Source: a virus. From it: 43,942 nucleotides of DNA. Numbering within the stretch: the first letter of the stretch is position 1; each line of letters begins with the position of its first letter. The DNA lies in the IMG/VR virus record IMGVR_UViG_3300000969_000009, positions 1 to 43,942 of that record; one strand, written 5' to 3'. The notes beneath the pieces were generated by a model. That model was not told the origin of the DNA, searched no databases, and saw only the letters and a list, made by a program, of their open reading frames with translations. A program made the translations under genes and the position numbers. Positions 1 through 7,933 of the stretch are shown here, one piece after another.

Positions 1-45
1 CCTAACGCGCCTCATAACGGGGCGCTATAACCTTAATGGTGAATT
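1..45. repeat. 45-nt sequence identical to 43898-43942 (circular-assembly overlap or short direct terminal repeat)
   Basis: cctaacgcgcctcataacggggcgctataaccttaatggtgaatt occurs at both ends of the window. ssb (ends 43896) and the ORF starting at 46 become adjacent when the ends are joined. Confidence 0.9.
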
Positions 46-585
46 ATGAATAAGTTTCAATGCGATAAAATCTCTGATTTCTTAGAGCAAATGAAAGGCC
101 AAAGCATAGACAATTACATTGTCGCTGGCCTAAATTCTTCCATGATTGATAACGGGAAAGTTAGGTTATTTTCTGCCAGTAGAAATCAAAGGCAGGAAAT
201 AACCCCGCATTCACACACCTATGATTTACTATCAATTGTTTTACGTGGGAAAGTTGAGAATTTCATGTGGATAGAAGCAGATGATGACACTTCAGGGGAA
301 AGCTTTTTACTTTCTGAAATAGTAAAGACAAAAGAGTTTGGCGAGTATGACAAAAAAGAGGTAGATGTATCAAATTATTACAGCCTTAAGTCTAGCTACA
401 TTGCTGGCGATATTTATCACATAAATGAAGGAGAAATTCATTCGATAAAGTTTAGTAAAGACGCCATTGTTTTGCTATTCGAAAGCGAGGAAAAGCTAAA
501 TTGCTCTGAAGTATTGGAGCCGTTTGTTGATGGAGAACTTATACCAACCCTTATTAAAGAGGATTGGATGTTCAAGTCTAATTAA
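46..585 (+). CDS. hypothetical protein with cupin-like metal-binding motifs
   Basis: 179-aa ORF. PHSHTYD and GDIYHINEGEIHS resemble the two cupin motifs (HxH..D/E and a distal His). GGTGA lies upstream of the ATG. Confidence 0.5.
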   Translation: MNKFQCDKISDFLEQMKGQSIDNYIVAGLNSSMIDNGKVRLFSASRNQRQEITPHSHTYDLLSIVLRGKVENFMWIEADDDTSGESFLLSEIVKTKEFGEYDKKEVDVSNYYSLKSSYIAGDIYHINEGEIHSIKFSKDAIVLLFESEEKLNCSEVLEPFVDGELIPTLIKEDWMFKSN

Positions 586-609
586 ATAGATAATATTATT
601 AATAAACCA

Positions 610-990
610 ATGAACACAACCAAAGAAGAAACAATAAGAGCCTTGCTTGATGATGTGAAGGTAGCGAGTGTTGAGGTTTGCATGATGGATGACATTTGCA
701 TTCATTGCGAAACATTTGATGACTTATGTATTGGCGTGTCTGAAATGGGTTACTCAATGTTAATTTCTGGATGGACAAATGAAATTAAATCATTCGAAGT
801 AAACCTAGTACCAACAACAGAGTTTAATGCGGGGGATATTGTGTGGGGAGTAAATATAGAAAAAGAAGGCGTGATTACTGATTGTGACGACTATCTTTAC
901 CCTTTTGTTTCGGTTGAATTTAAAGGCGGATTAACTGACGACTGCTTATGCTCTGACCTAATCCTAATCAAGAAAGGAGATAAACAATGA
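610..990 (+). CDS. hypothetical early protein
   Basis: 126-aa ORF. Its stop overlaps the next start (ATGA at 987-990). No family recognised. Confidence 0.7.
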   Translation: MNTTKEETIRALLDDVKVASVEVCMMDDICIHCETFDDLCIGVSEMGYSMLISGWTNEIKSFEVNLVPTTEFNAGDIVWGVNIEKEGVITDCDDYLYPFVSVEFKGGLTDDCLCSDLILIKKGDKQ

Positions 991-1193
991 TTGACTTTCA
1001 TGTTGGCGACAAGGTGGTAACGGACTTTTACCCCAAAGATAAAGACTTGGTGCGGAGTGTGATTAAAGTGCAAGCATATCCATCTGGGTATTCTCAAACA
1101 AACATCATGGTAACAAGTTCAGACCGCAGGAATAGAACATTAGAATGCGATGCGGCTTGGTATTCGAAGACTGAAGGGGTAGATAAGCAATGA
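987..1193 (+). CDS. hypothetical early protein
   Basis: 68-aa ORF with ATGA coupling at both ends. Confidence 0.65.
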   Translation: MIDFHVGDKVVTDFYPKDKDLVRSVIKVQAYPSGYSQTNIMVTSSDRRNRTLECDAAWYSKTEGVDKQ

Positions 1194-1390
1194 TTGAGTT
1201 TGTGAAAAGGCTATTCTCGGGTAATTTTGCCATCACGATTGATGAAATGGTTGTCGGAGAGATATTCAAAGATGATGAGTTAAATTGGTGGACGCAAATT
1301 TACAACACAATGAACTTAGAAGGCCGTCACCTAATAGCAATAGGCAAGAAACTAAACGAGTTAAACGGGGTGACAGATGAGGACATTTAA
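1190..1390 (+). CDS. hypothetical early protein
   Basis: 66-aa ORF, translationally coupled to its neighbours. Confidence 0.65.
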   Translation: MIEFVKRLFSGNFAITIDEMVVGEIFKDDELNWWTQIYNTMNLEGRHLIAIGKKLNELNGVTDEDI

Positions 1391-1577
1391 AGATAAATCA
1401 TGGTGCATGACTGAGTGCGGAAATGATAGCTGTCAAAGAAATTATAACGACACACAGAGATCATCAAACACGCAAAATTTGCCGCTATCAGTAATGAGAT
1501 TCAAAAACAGTAATTGCGGCTACATTGAACCAATTAACAAAGATAAACAAGACAATAAAGCGGAGGTGACAGTATGA
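1377..1577 (+). CDS. hypothetical Cys-containing small protein
   Basis: 66-aa ORF with CMTECGNDSC and a later NC pair. It overlaps both neighbours by a few nt. Confidence 0.55.
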   Translation: MRTFKDKSWCMTECGNDSCQRNYNDTQRSSNTQNLPLSVMRFKNSNCGYIEPINKDKQDNKAEVTV

Positions 1578-1834
1578 GTGGTAAATATGAGATGTTTTTC
1601 TGTCCAGAAATTTCAGTCACTTTATCATTTAGGTGTAAGTTTGAAACATTGAAAGAAGCAGCACAAGCACTTAACACAATCGCAGACTACACATTATTTA
1701 TTCAAGATAAAGGACTCATGCGAGACCATACGAACTTTGGCGGCGTTCACGCCTGGGATGACGAACTAGAAGCATGGTGTGATGTTGATGATGATGAAAT
1801 TGAAGAAGATTTGAGCGCGGAGATAAAAAAGTGA
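1574..1834 (+). CDS. hypothetical acidic early protein
   Basis: 86-aa ORF with an acidic C-terminus (DDELEAWCDVDDDEIEEDLSAE). Confidence 0.65.
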   Translation: MSGKYEMFFCPEISVTLSFRCKFETLKEAAQALNTIADYTLFIQDKGLMRDHTNFGGVHAWDDELEAWCDVDDDEIEEDLSAEIKK

Positions 1835-2193
1835 TGACACAAGCCGCTTTAGCTATTGAGTGCTTACTTAGACGTGAAAATAAACATCGAGATTTTGAAA
1901 TGTTAAATAAAATGAAACCAGTTTTAGATTTTATTATTGAAGAAATTAAAACAGTTAATAATGGCAGATATGATAAAAGCACAATATCTGACGATGAAAC
2001 TAATGAAGAGTTGATCAGTGTTTTTCACGATGCTATGAATAAGTTTTCGTCTATTGATTTTGATTTAATTGATGATGAGGACTCACTTGCCAAACTTTTT
2101 GGGCAAGATGGCTATGAGGCAATACGTGCACTGAGCAAGGCTACTATTAGCAACATAACCACGCCCTTAAAGAATCAATTATTAAAGCGCTAA
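1831..2193 (+). CDS. hypothetical acidic early protein
   Basis: 120-aa ORF at a GTGATG start region overlapping the upstream stop. Asp/Glu-rich (IDFDLIDDEDS). Confidence 0.65.
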   Translation: MMTQAALAIECLLRRENKHRDFEMLNKMKPVLDFIIEEIKTVNNGRYDKSTISDDETNEELISVFHDAMNKFSSIDFDLIDDEDSLAKLFGQDGYEAIRALSKATISNITTPLKNQLLKR

Positions 2194-2218
2194 CCAATAA
2201 CCCCATAGAGAGGGAATT

Positions 2219-2452
2219 ATGAAACAAGAACAAAAGCACTGGTTTTCCTTCACATTTAGTGAAGTTCAAGACTCCAGCCAAGTAATCGCCAGTACGTACA
2301 CGGGCTATGATTGCAAGAACTTGAACATGAATCGCATCAATGAAAACAAAGGCTATGCCCACCTTTCGCAATCTGCGGTTTTAATGGGGGTTTCATATCT
2401 TGGTTATATGTCTAAAGACGAATTTGAAGTAGCCAATAACCAACAAACTTAA
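2219..2452 (+). CDS. hypothetical early protein
   Basis: 77-aa ORF. GAGAGGGAA lies upstream of the ATG. Confidence 0.7.
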   Translation: MKQEQKHWFSFTFSEVQDSSQVIASTYTGYDCKNLNMNRINENKGYAHLSQSAVLMGVSYLGYMSKDEFEVANNQQT

Positions 2453-2482
2453 CAAGGGGCTGTTGCCCTGTAGGAGGTAGTT

Positions 2483-2941
2483 ATGAATAAAATAGATTAC
2501 ACATGCGCCATAGCTGATTCAGAACGAGAGCATAATATGCTGTTTGAGTTTTGGGGTAGAAACATAGATTACTCGATTTATTCTAGTCTGCTGGAAATAA
2601 ATACCACAGATATTGATAGATACGGAGATAATAGTGGATATTATTATCGTAATTGTCGTCCATCTACCCGCATACAAGAGTTCATATCTGTTGACGTGAT
2701 GCCTAACGGGTTTGTTTGGGAGGTTCATACAACAACAAAAGATGATTTAGTTGATGACCAAAATTTATATTTTATCGATGAGTCTCGAACTAAATCGCAA
2801 TTACAAAAAGATATCTCGCTAGATGGTGAAGATGCCTTGAATATAACAATCAAATGTATCGGCCTAGCCAGCAATTACGCACACTATGCTGACGAATTAA
2901 GTATGAATGTTATTGAAGGGGTGAGGTGTGATTATGAATGA
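2483..2941 (+). CDS. hypothetical early protein
   Basis: 152-aa ORF. AGGAGG lies 7 nt upstream of the ATG. Confidence 0.75.
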   Translation: MNKIDYTCAIADSEREHNMLFEFWGRNIDYSIYSSLLEINTTDIDRYGDNSGYYYRNCRPSTRIQEFISVDVMPNGFVWEVHTTTKDDLVDDQNLYFIDESRTKSQLQKDISLDGEDALNITIKCIGLASNYAHYADELSMNVIEGVRCDYE

Positions 2942-3029
2942 TCAAAACACGATCAAGAAATAAGATATTGATTATAATGATTTAATTCGAAACAAGACGG
3001 ATTAAATCAAGAATGAATCAAATAAAGTG

Positions 3030-3058
3030 TTGACTCGGGTTACACAATCGATTAATAT
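3030..3058 (+). promoter_or_regulatory. sigma70-type promoter (TTGACT, 17 nt, TAATAT)
   Basis: TTGACT at 3030-3035, a 17-nt spacer, TAATAT at 3053-3058. It sits in a 157-nt intergenic gap about 40 nt upstream of the 3099 ATG. Confidence 0.6.
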
Positions 3059-3098
3059 GTATTTATTGAAACAACGCAACGAACAAAGGTAAATACAA

Positions 3099-3380
3099 AT
3101 GAAAGCAAATCTAAGTTACATATCTGATGGAAGCTATGGAACCACTTCGCAGTGGGCGCGCGGGGTTAACGGTGTGTGGTTTAACAGAGAGTATGGCTAC
3201 AATGGATATTCTCGCGGATGGTCTAAGTGGCGCATGTCTGAAGAGAAGCCTCCTATCACTTTCGAGAATGAGAAGTGGTGCGACTACAATAAATGTTACA
3301 TTCCGATTAAACGAAAGCGATTCATGGGCTTTAATCCTGCCGAAAAAACGGATCACTCACGCTTAAGACTTCCTAACTAA
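3099..3380 (+). CDS. hypothetical protein (Trp/Tyr/Gly/Arg-rich)
   Basis: 93-aa ORF, the first gene after the internal promoter. AAAGG lies upstream of the ATG. Confidence 0.65.
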   Translation: MKANLSYISDGSYGTTSQWARGVNGVWFNREYGYNGYSRGWSKWRMSEEKPPITFENEKWCDYNKCYIPIKRKRFMGFNPAEKTDHSRLRLPN

Positions 3381-3394
3381 TAAGTGGCCTGATA

Positions 3395-3652
3395 ATGTAT
3401 TGCATTCAAACTCGCGTGGTGGTTGAAAGGTCTAACGTCCATGAATCTCGTGAAACTACGCTCAAGTGGGAAACTTGGGCTGTAGCTTTAACAAATAAAG
3501 ATATAAGACCACTAAAGAAAATATTCATGAATCAAAATCGATGGATGGACACATTGGACGGGACACACGCATCGGAAAAAATGTGTGTTGACGCCTTCAG
3601 GAAGTCTCAGAATAATGAGGGTTACTATAGATGCACCATATACGAAAAATAA
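3395..3652 (+). CDS. hypothetical protein
   Basis: 85-aa ORF, same strand and spacing as its neighbours. Confidence 0.6.
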   Translation: MYCIQTRVVVERSNVHESRETTLKWETWAVALTNKDIRPLKKIFMNQNRWMDTLDGTHASEKMCVDAFRKSQNNEGYYRCTIYEK

Positions 3653-3670
3653 CCGATAAGTCAGAATAAT

Positions 3671-3874
3671 ATGCCAAGAAAACCAATAAGCGAATTAACC
3701 CCAGAAGAGGCCGAAAAGCGGCGCGAGTATGATCGCAAGGCTAAAGCTAAATCGAGAGCTAAAGAGGGCTATGTAGAGAAGCGCAAACCAGACACAAGGG
3801 TGAGAGGTAGCCGTGCAGAAGAGCAGAGATTACGCAGGGCTAGAATTAAGGCAAAAAAGGATGAGTCAAAATGA
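3671..3874 (+). CDS. hypothetical highly basic small protein
   Basis: 67-aa ORF, Lys/Arg-rich and helical-looking (KRREYDRKAKAKSRAKE, RLRRARIKAKK). Its stop overlaps the next start. Confidence 0.6.
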   Translation: MPRKPISELTPEEAEKRREYDRKAKAKSRAKEGYVEKRKPDTRVRGSRAEEQRLRRARIKAKKDESK

Positions 3875-4257
3875 AAAGGCTTAAGATAGAGAAGTTTATT
3901 GATAGTGGGTTTGATATGTTGGTTTTCTTCAGGCATCCAGACCTATACAGAATCGTGCATAATTTCACTATAGAATCAATTCCTGCTGGGGCATCAGATA
4001 TAATTCCAAGATTAAACCACCCTACAGTGCTAGATGATTATAGAGTATTACCAGATGGCTTAATTATCAAATATAAAGGTTTTTTTGAGCACGCCGTAAG
4101 CGGTCAATGCAGTAGTTATTTTTGCGAGATAGAATGCAACTCATCTGAGTTTAAAGAATCACACATTAATAGCTGCGATCTAAGGGATATTTCATGGGTA
4201 TCAATACTAGGCTTGCAGGAAGGCTATGAGCATGAAGGGATGCAGGTTTATCAATAA
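3871..4257 (+). CDS. hypothetical protein
   Basis: 128-aa ORF with ATGA coupling to 3671..3874. Confidence 0.65.
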   Translation: MKRLKIEKFIDSGFDMLVFFRHPDLYRIVHNFTIESIPAGASDIIPRLNHPTVLDDYRVLPDGLIIKYKGFFEHAVSGQCSSYFCEIECNSSEFKESHINSCDLRDISWVSILGLQEGYEHEGMQVYQ

Positions 4258-4321
4258 GCAAACAAATAAATTAACTATTACATTAAAGTAAATAACTGTG
4301 TTTACTATTGAGAGGTGAGAG

Positions 4322-4528
4322 ATGAAAGCAGAAGCGTTAAAACTTCTAATAGATTTAGATGAAGAAGTGTCGAAAAAAATGCGCGACAATGACGGAGCCA
4401 GCAGCCCTGATTTAATACACCCGTATGTTCTTGGCTTAAGGTACGATAATGCTGATCATATACATGCAGAAAATGGTGAAACTGAAATTATAGAAAGCTG
4501 GGATGATAGGCACTCAAGTCGCGCCTAA
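4322..4528 (+). CDS. hypothetical protein, last gene of the plus-strand block
   Basis: 68-aa ORF. GAGAGGTGAGAG lies upstream of the ATG. It converges on the minus-strand gene ending at 4566. Confidence 0.6.
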   Translation: MKAEALKLLIDLDEEVSKKMRDNDGASSPDLIHPYVLGLRYDNADHIHAENGETEIIESWDDRHSSRA

Positions 4529-4565
4529 ATAGCTTAGGAATCATTAAGGACGCATAGCCAAGCGG

Positions 4566-6125
4566 TTAAACGTAGTCAGCAATGGTCTTGCCGTTAATAT
4601 GAACTATTAATGCGCGTTTGCCGTTAGTGTATATCAAGCCCTCACCAATGCACCAATTAGAATATCCACTGGCATATTCCATCAAATCTGTACTTGTAGG
4701 CACTTGCCAGCATCCCTGATAAATCTTGAGAAAGTGTCCATGACCAATCATTGTTTTAAGCATTGACCGAGCAAAGCCAACCGCACTACCCCTTGAGCCA
4801 TTCGCGCCTTTATCGCCATGCTGTGAGCAGTCAATGCCGTGTAAATCTAAGCGCTTGTTACGGCTTGCAAACTCGTAATGTTCCTTGCATCCCCATTCAT
4901 CAAAGCAGACTTGCAAAGCACTTTTGCCCTTGCCTATCTTCTCCAGTAGCCAGCCATAAAAGCGAGCGTTTATAGGGTCGTTTTGTGGCTTGTATTTATT
5001 CAGCCATTGATCAAGGTGGTCGTTGTGGTTTGCACCAACAATATAATTTTTAGTCCCCTTGCCCAGCCTTTCAATATAATCAATAGATAGCTTTACCTCA
5101 TCATCAACACGCAAGCGACCTTGATCTGCTAATTGCATGTTAGCCACTAGGTTATTATGGTGGCTGCCTACCGATTGATTATGCAAGTCGTGGAAAACTT
5201 GACTATGCGGCTTTAGCTTATCAATTAATCTTAATTTAGATTTTGTAATTGACTTAATTTCGTGGTCTGCATGTATATCACCGTGCACGATAGCGCCAAT
5301 GTCTCTTAGCTCTACCCCTTCAGGCGTCCAGTATTCATTTAAAAACTGAAAGCCTTCACCATCCCACATTAGCTGTATAAAGAAAAACTTAGAGCCAACT
5401 TTTTTTACATAAACCGCTGCAATAGAATGATTAAAAGCAGCCTTCCCGCCGTCATTAGTTGCCGAATAAACGCCTTTATTTAATGATCCTGTCGTCATCA
5501 TCATTTTAGGCATTTCATCCTTCGGCGTTGCCACTGAATCGAGTGCTATTTGTGGGTGTCCATATACGGCGCTTCTTGTGCCACTTAATGCTTGTTTGCC
5601 AGCCAAAGGATTTACAACCGTAGGGCGCATTCTGTGCGCTGAGATCACAAGATTTTTGCCAATATTCAAGTCCTTGAGCAAGGCGTATTTATATATTAAA
5701 CTATCCCATGAAAAGTAATCGTCGTCTTTGATCACTTCCTTGTTATGATACTTAACAGGCACAACCAATAATTGACCGCTCACCCTTTCAGCAAACAGCT
5801 CTAAAGACTTCAAAAAGCATTTAGCTATTGGTGAGTTATTCGTGAGCGAGGTTACTATAAAATCCTTGTGCTTTCTTGCCTTGGATAAATCAAGGGTAGA
5901 AGGACAAACGATATTCTTATGCGTGGCGTGCTTGTCGTTGATTGGGGGTAAAGTTTCGCCCGTCAATTCTTCAGCGCTACGTCTGTGGCGGTTCCATGAT
6001 CTAGGGTCTTTGTTTTTAATTCCAGACATTGCCATTGCATGGCCTAGGCTGTCTGCATGTTCCCAGTTTTCAACTATTCGCCAAGCCGTTTCAAGACTTA
6101 TTGATAATTTACTCACAGTCATCAA
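4566..6125 (-). CDS. two-domain protein with an unknown N-terminal half and a calcineurin-like metallophosphoesterase C-terminal half
   Basis: 519-aa ORF. The ordered motifs GDIHADH, HDLHN, GANHNDH, QHGDKG and GHGHF match metallophosphoesterase motifs I-V. It is the last gene of the minus-strand block, after the lysis genes. Confidence 0.6.
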   Translation of the reverse strand: MMTVSKLSISLETAWRIVENWEHADSLGHAMAMSGIKNKDPRSWNRHRRSAEELTGETLPPINDKHATHKNIVCPSTLDLSKARKHKDFIVTSLTNNSPIAKCFLKSLELFAERVSGQLLVVPVKYHNKEVIKDDDYFSWDSLIYKYALLKDLNIGKNLVISAHRMRPTVVNPLAGKQALSGTRSAVYGHPQIALDSVATPKDEMPKMMMTTGSLNKGVYSATNDGGKAAFNHSIAAVYVKKVGSKFFFIQLMWDGEGFQFLNEYWTPEGVELRDIGAIVHGDIHADHEIKSITKSKLRLIDKLKPHSQVFHDLHNQSVGSHHNNLVANMQLADQGRLRVDDEVKLSIDYIERLGKGTKNYIVGANHNDHLDQWLNKYKPQNDPINARFYGWLLEKIGKGKSALQVCFDEWGCKEHYEFASRNKRLDLHGIDCSQHGDKGANGSRGSAVGFARSMLKTMIGHGHFLKIYQGCWQVPTSTDLMEYASGYSNWCIGEGLIYTNGKRALIVHINGKTIADYV

Positions 6126-6345
6126 GTACCACTTTCATTAATCGAAGCAACCCACCAACCGCGTGCGTTTCGCCGTCTTCGTTTGGCTTGCCTCTATACT
6201 CAGAGATGCAATGCCCCGCCGCCGCTAAAACATCACCTTGCGTGTGTGTGATTCCTTCGCCGTGCTTCTCTTCCATTTTTACAGCGTATTCACAAACACG
6301 CTCAACAACTGGGTAAAATAAATTCATGTATTCTTGCTTAGTCAT
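6109..6345 (-). CDS. hypothetical protein
   Basis: 78-aa ORF. It overlaps the start of 4566..6125 by 17 nt. Confidence 0.6.
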   Translation of the reverse strand: MTKQEYMNLFYPVVERVCEYAVKMEEKHGEGITHTQGDVLAAAGHCISEYRGKPNEDGETHAVGGLLRLMKVVLDDCE

Positions 6346-6368
6346 AATATTCCTTATGCAATATCTGG

Positions 6369-6620
6369 TTAATGGGTATGGTCGTGCATCTTAATTGCAG
6401 ATCCGTTGAGTGCTTGCTGCACCCGAATATCAACAATATCATCTTGTGACTTTTGCATCACCGAGAGCATGTCGCGCATTACCACCGTCTTTGTTTTGTC
6501 TGCTTCCATTAAGGTTGCAATATCCCCATGATTACTCCAGACAGTGCCACCAATTAAGCCAAACGCGGCTGTTATTACTGGTATCATCATCTTCTCTACA
6601 ACCCAAGTTTTAACTGTCAT
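6369..6620 (-). CDS. membrane-anchored lysis-cassette protein (possible i-spanin-like or lysis accessory)
   Basis: The track ORF is 6369..6671. I prefer the ATG at 6620 (MTVKTW), which has AGGGGAAG upstream and does not overlap the previous stop at 6628. It has one N-terminal TM segment (MMIPVITAAFGLIGGTVW) followed by a polar helical tail. Confidence 0.4.
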   Translation of the reverse strand: MTVKTWVVEKMMIPVITAAFGLIGGTVWSNHGDIATLMEADKTKTVVMRDMLSVMQKSQDDIVDIRVQQALNGSAIKMHDHTH

Positions 6621-6627
6621 ACTTCCC

Positions 6628-6822
6628 CTAAGTTTTTTGTGTGAGTGCGCAGTGAATGACTTTATAGTCATAATCCATGTTATGCGCCTCGATAAAATCT
6701 AAAATCTTCTCGCTATTCTCAGCCATATAAGCCACGCACGTAGGCTCATTAACGAACCCTCGCGCATAGCTTAAAAGGTGAATGCTCTCACCCGTAAAAA
6801 GATAAATAACAATGTCGTGCAT
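6628..6822 (-). CDS. hypothetical protein in the lysis cassette
   Basis: The track ORF is 6628..6840. The ATG at 6822 overlaps the holin-like stop (TAATG), giving a 64-aa product. Confidence 0.5.
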   Translation of the reverse strand: MHDIVIYLFTGESIHLLSYARGFVNEPTCVAYMAENSEKILDFIEAHNMDYDYKVIHCALTQKT

Positions 6823-7370
6823 TATTTTTTGTCTTTCCACGCAAGGGCAAACTTATCGCCAGTCCTTAGGCCAAGATAAGCCCAAGCTGGGGACGACAAG
6901 ATGCCCGCAATATAAATATTGAAATAATCCGCTTGCGTTAAAACTTGCACACCCCAGCAGCCAAATACATAAGCGATTGTTGCAAACCAGCTTTCTTTTG
7001 CCATCTTTGGGCGAGTCCAGCGAATACGCTCATCTAGTGCAACATCGCCGCCACGTATGGTGATCTGAGTTTGCTCGTGTTCGTGTTGATCGTTTTCGTA
7101 CTCAAAGCGTGTCATTATTTCGAGGTGTGCGCGGACGCTCTGCTCGTTTTCAATATAAAGCTGTTGCAGCTTCAACACGGCTTCTGGGTCACCCTGTAGC
7201 GCCGCCAGCGCTTCGTCTGGGTTATCAGTGCCTGTTGCGCCTGTAATCATTGATACCCCCGCAGCAATCGCCGCAGGCACGTTACCACTAACTAAAGATC
7301 CAACCAGCTTTACCCCGTTTGATGTGTTGTCTTGAATCCATTGACCAACACTATTCCATGTTACTTTCAT
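6822..7370 (-). CDS. holin-like protein (three predicted TM segments, GTA-type 3TM holin-like layout)
   Basis: 182-aa ORF immediately downstream of and overlapping the endolysin gene. Hydrophobic segments are VPAAIAAGVSMITGATG, WFATIAYVFGCWGVQVL and IYIAGILSSPAWAYLGL, with a charged central region. Confidence 0.55.
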   Translation of the reverse strand: MKVTWNSVGQWIQDNTSNGVKLVGSLVSGNVPAAIAAGVSMITGATGTDNPDEALAALQGDPEAVLKLQQLYIENEQSVRAHLEIMTRFEYENDQHEHEQTQITIRGGDVALDERIRWTRPKMAKESWFATIAYVFGCWGVQVLTQADYFNIYIAGILSSPAWAYLGLRTGDKFALAWKDKK

Positions 7371-7903
7371 AATTCCACTCGATTGTTAAGCCATCCATAA
7401 ATAAAGCGTTCGTCTTTTTCGCGATTTTCTGATAGCTGAATGTAATAATTGCCCTGAAGGCAGTTAAGACCCTTAAGTAATACTTTTTCACTTCTTATCT
7501 TTAAGTAAGCGCTAAGTGCCGTTAGGGTGACGTTGCCGATGATGCCATCAACAACAATGTCTGAATAAAGCCGCTGCCGATCATTCATAACATTCAGCAC
7601 CCTTTGAAGCATCCGAGCCGCCCTTACGGGAGAAGCGTTAACGCCAGCATCAAAAACCTCCTCACAAATAGATTTAGACAGCCTAAAAAGGCCGTCACCA
7701 TTTATTGAGTTCCAATACTCATCCGCATAAATATCAAAGGCTGTGATTCTTTGCATGTCACGCATTTCGCCTAAATATCCATTGCGTACTGCGGTCTCTT
7801 TAGTGATACCCCAGTTAGTTTCTCCTCCGCTGTCAGACGGGTCATTTACATACCCGCCCTCAACGCCGATTAATTTGCTAATCAGTTCTTTTTTCATAGA
7901 CAT
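7367..7903 (-). CDS. endolysin, GH108-type N-acetylmuramidase with a C-terminal peptidoglycan-binding region
   Basis: 178-aa ORF. The N-terminal LIGVEGGYVNDPSDSGGETNWGIT is the characteristic GH108 EGGY motif region. It sits in a lysis cassette after the tail fibers. Confidence 0.85.
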   Translation of the reverse strand: MSMKKELISKLIGVEGGYVNDPSDSGGETNWGITKETAVRNGYLGEMRDMQRITAFDIYADEYWNSINGDGLFRLSKSICEEVFDAGVNASPVRAARMLQRVLNVMNDRQRLYSDIVVDGIIGNVTLTALSAYLKIRSEKVLLKGLNCLQGNYYIQLSENREKDERFIYGWLNNRVEL

Positions 7904-7924
7904 AAAAAAACCGCAATTAAGCGG
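7904..7924 (-). terminator. possible intrinsic terminator or attenuator between the fiber gene and the endolysin gene
   Basis: The minus strand reads GCCGC-TTAATT-GCGG followed by TTTTTTT, and the U-tract abuts the endolysin ATG. The stem is short (4-5 bp). Confidence 0.4.
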
Positions 7925-7933
7925 CCTGTGTGA

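Noticed and set aside
2973-2978. Perfect TATAAT hexamer in the 2942-3098 intergenic region
   Set aside because: There is no acceptable -35 element at a 16-18 nt spacing, and only an ambiguous TG upstream. The TTGACT/TAATAT pair at 3030-3058 is the better promoter.
3127-3366. 79-aa plus-strand ORF and 81-aa minus-strand ORF (3111..3356) overlapping the 3099..3380 gene
   Set aside because: These are alternative frames of the same segment. The 3099 ORF starts at the expected distance from the 3030 promoter and has the purine-rich upstream sequence. The overlapping ORFs have Arg/Ser/Leu-rich translations typical of off-frame reading.
6369-6620. Embedded o-spanin (Rz1-like) ORF inside the membrane-protein gene
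   Set aside because: I translated both alternative frames by hand. Each is broken by several stops, and no ATG is followed by a lipobox-Cys signal.
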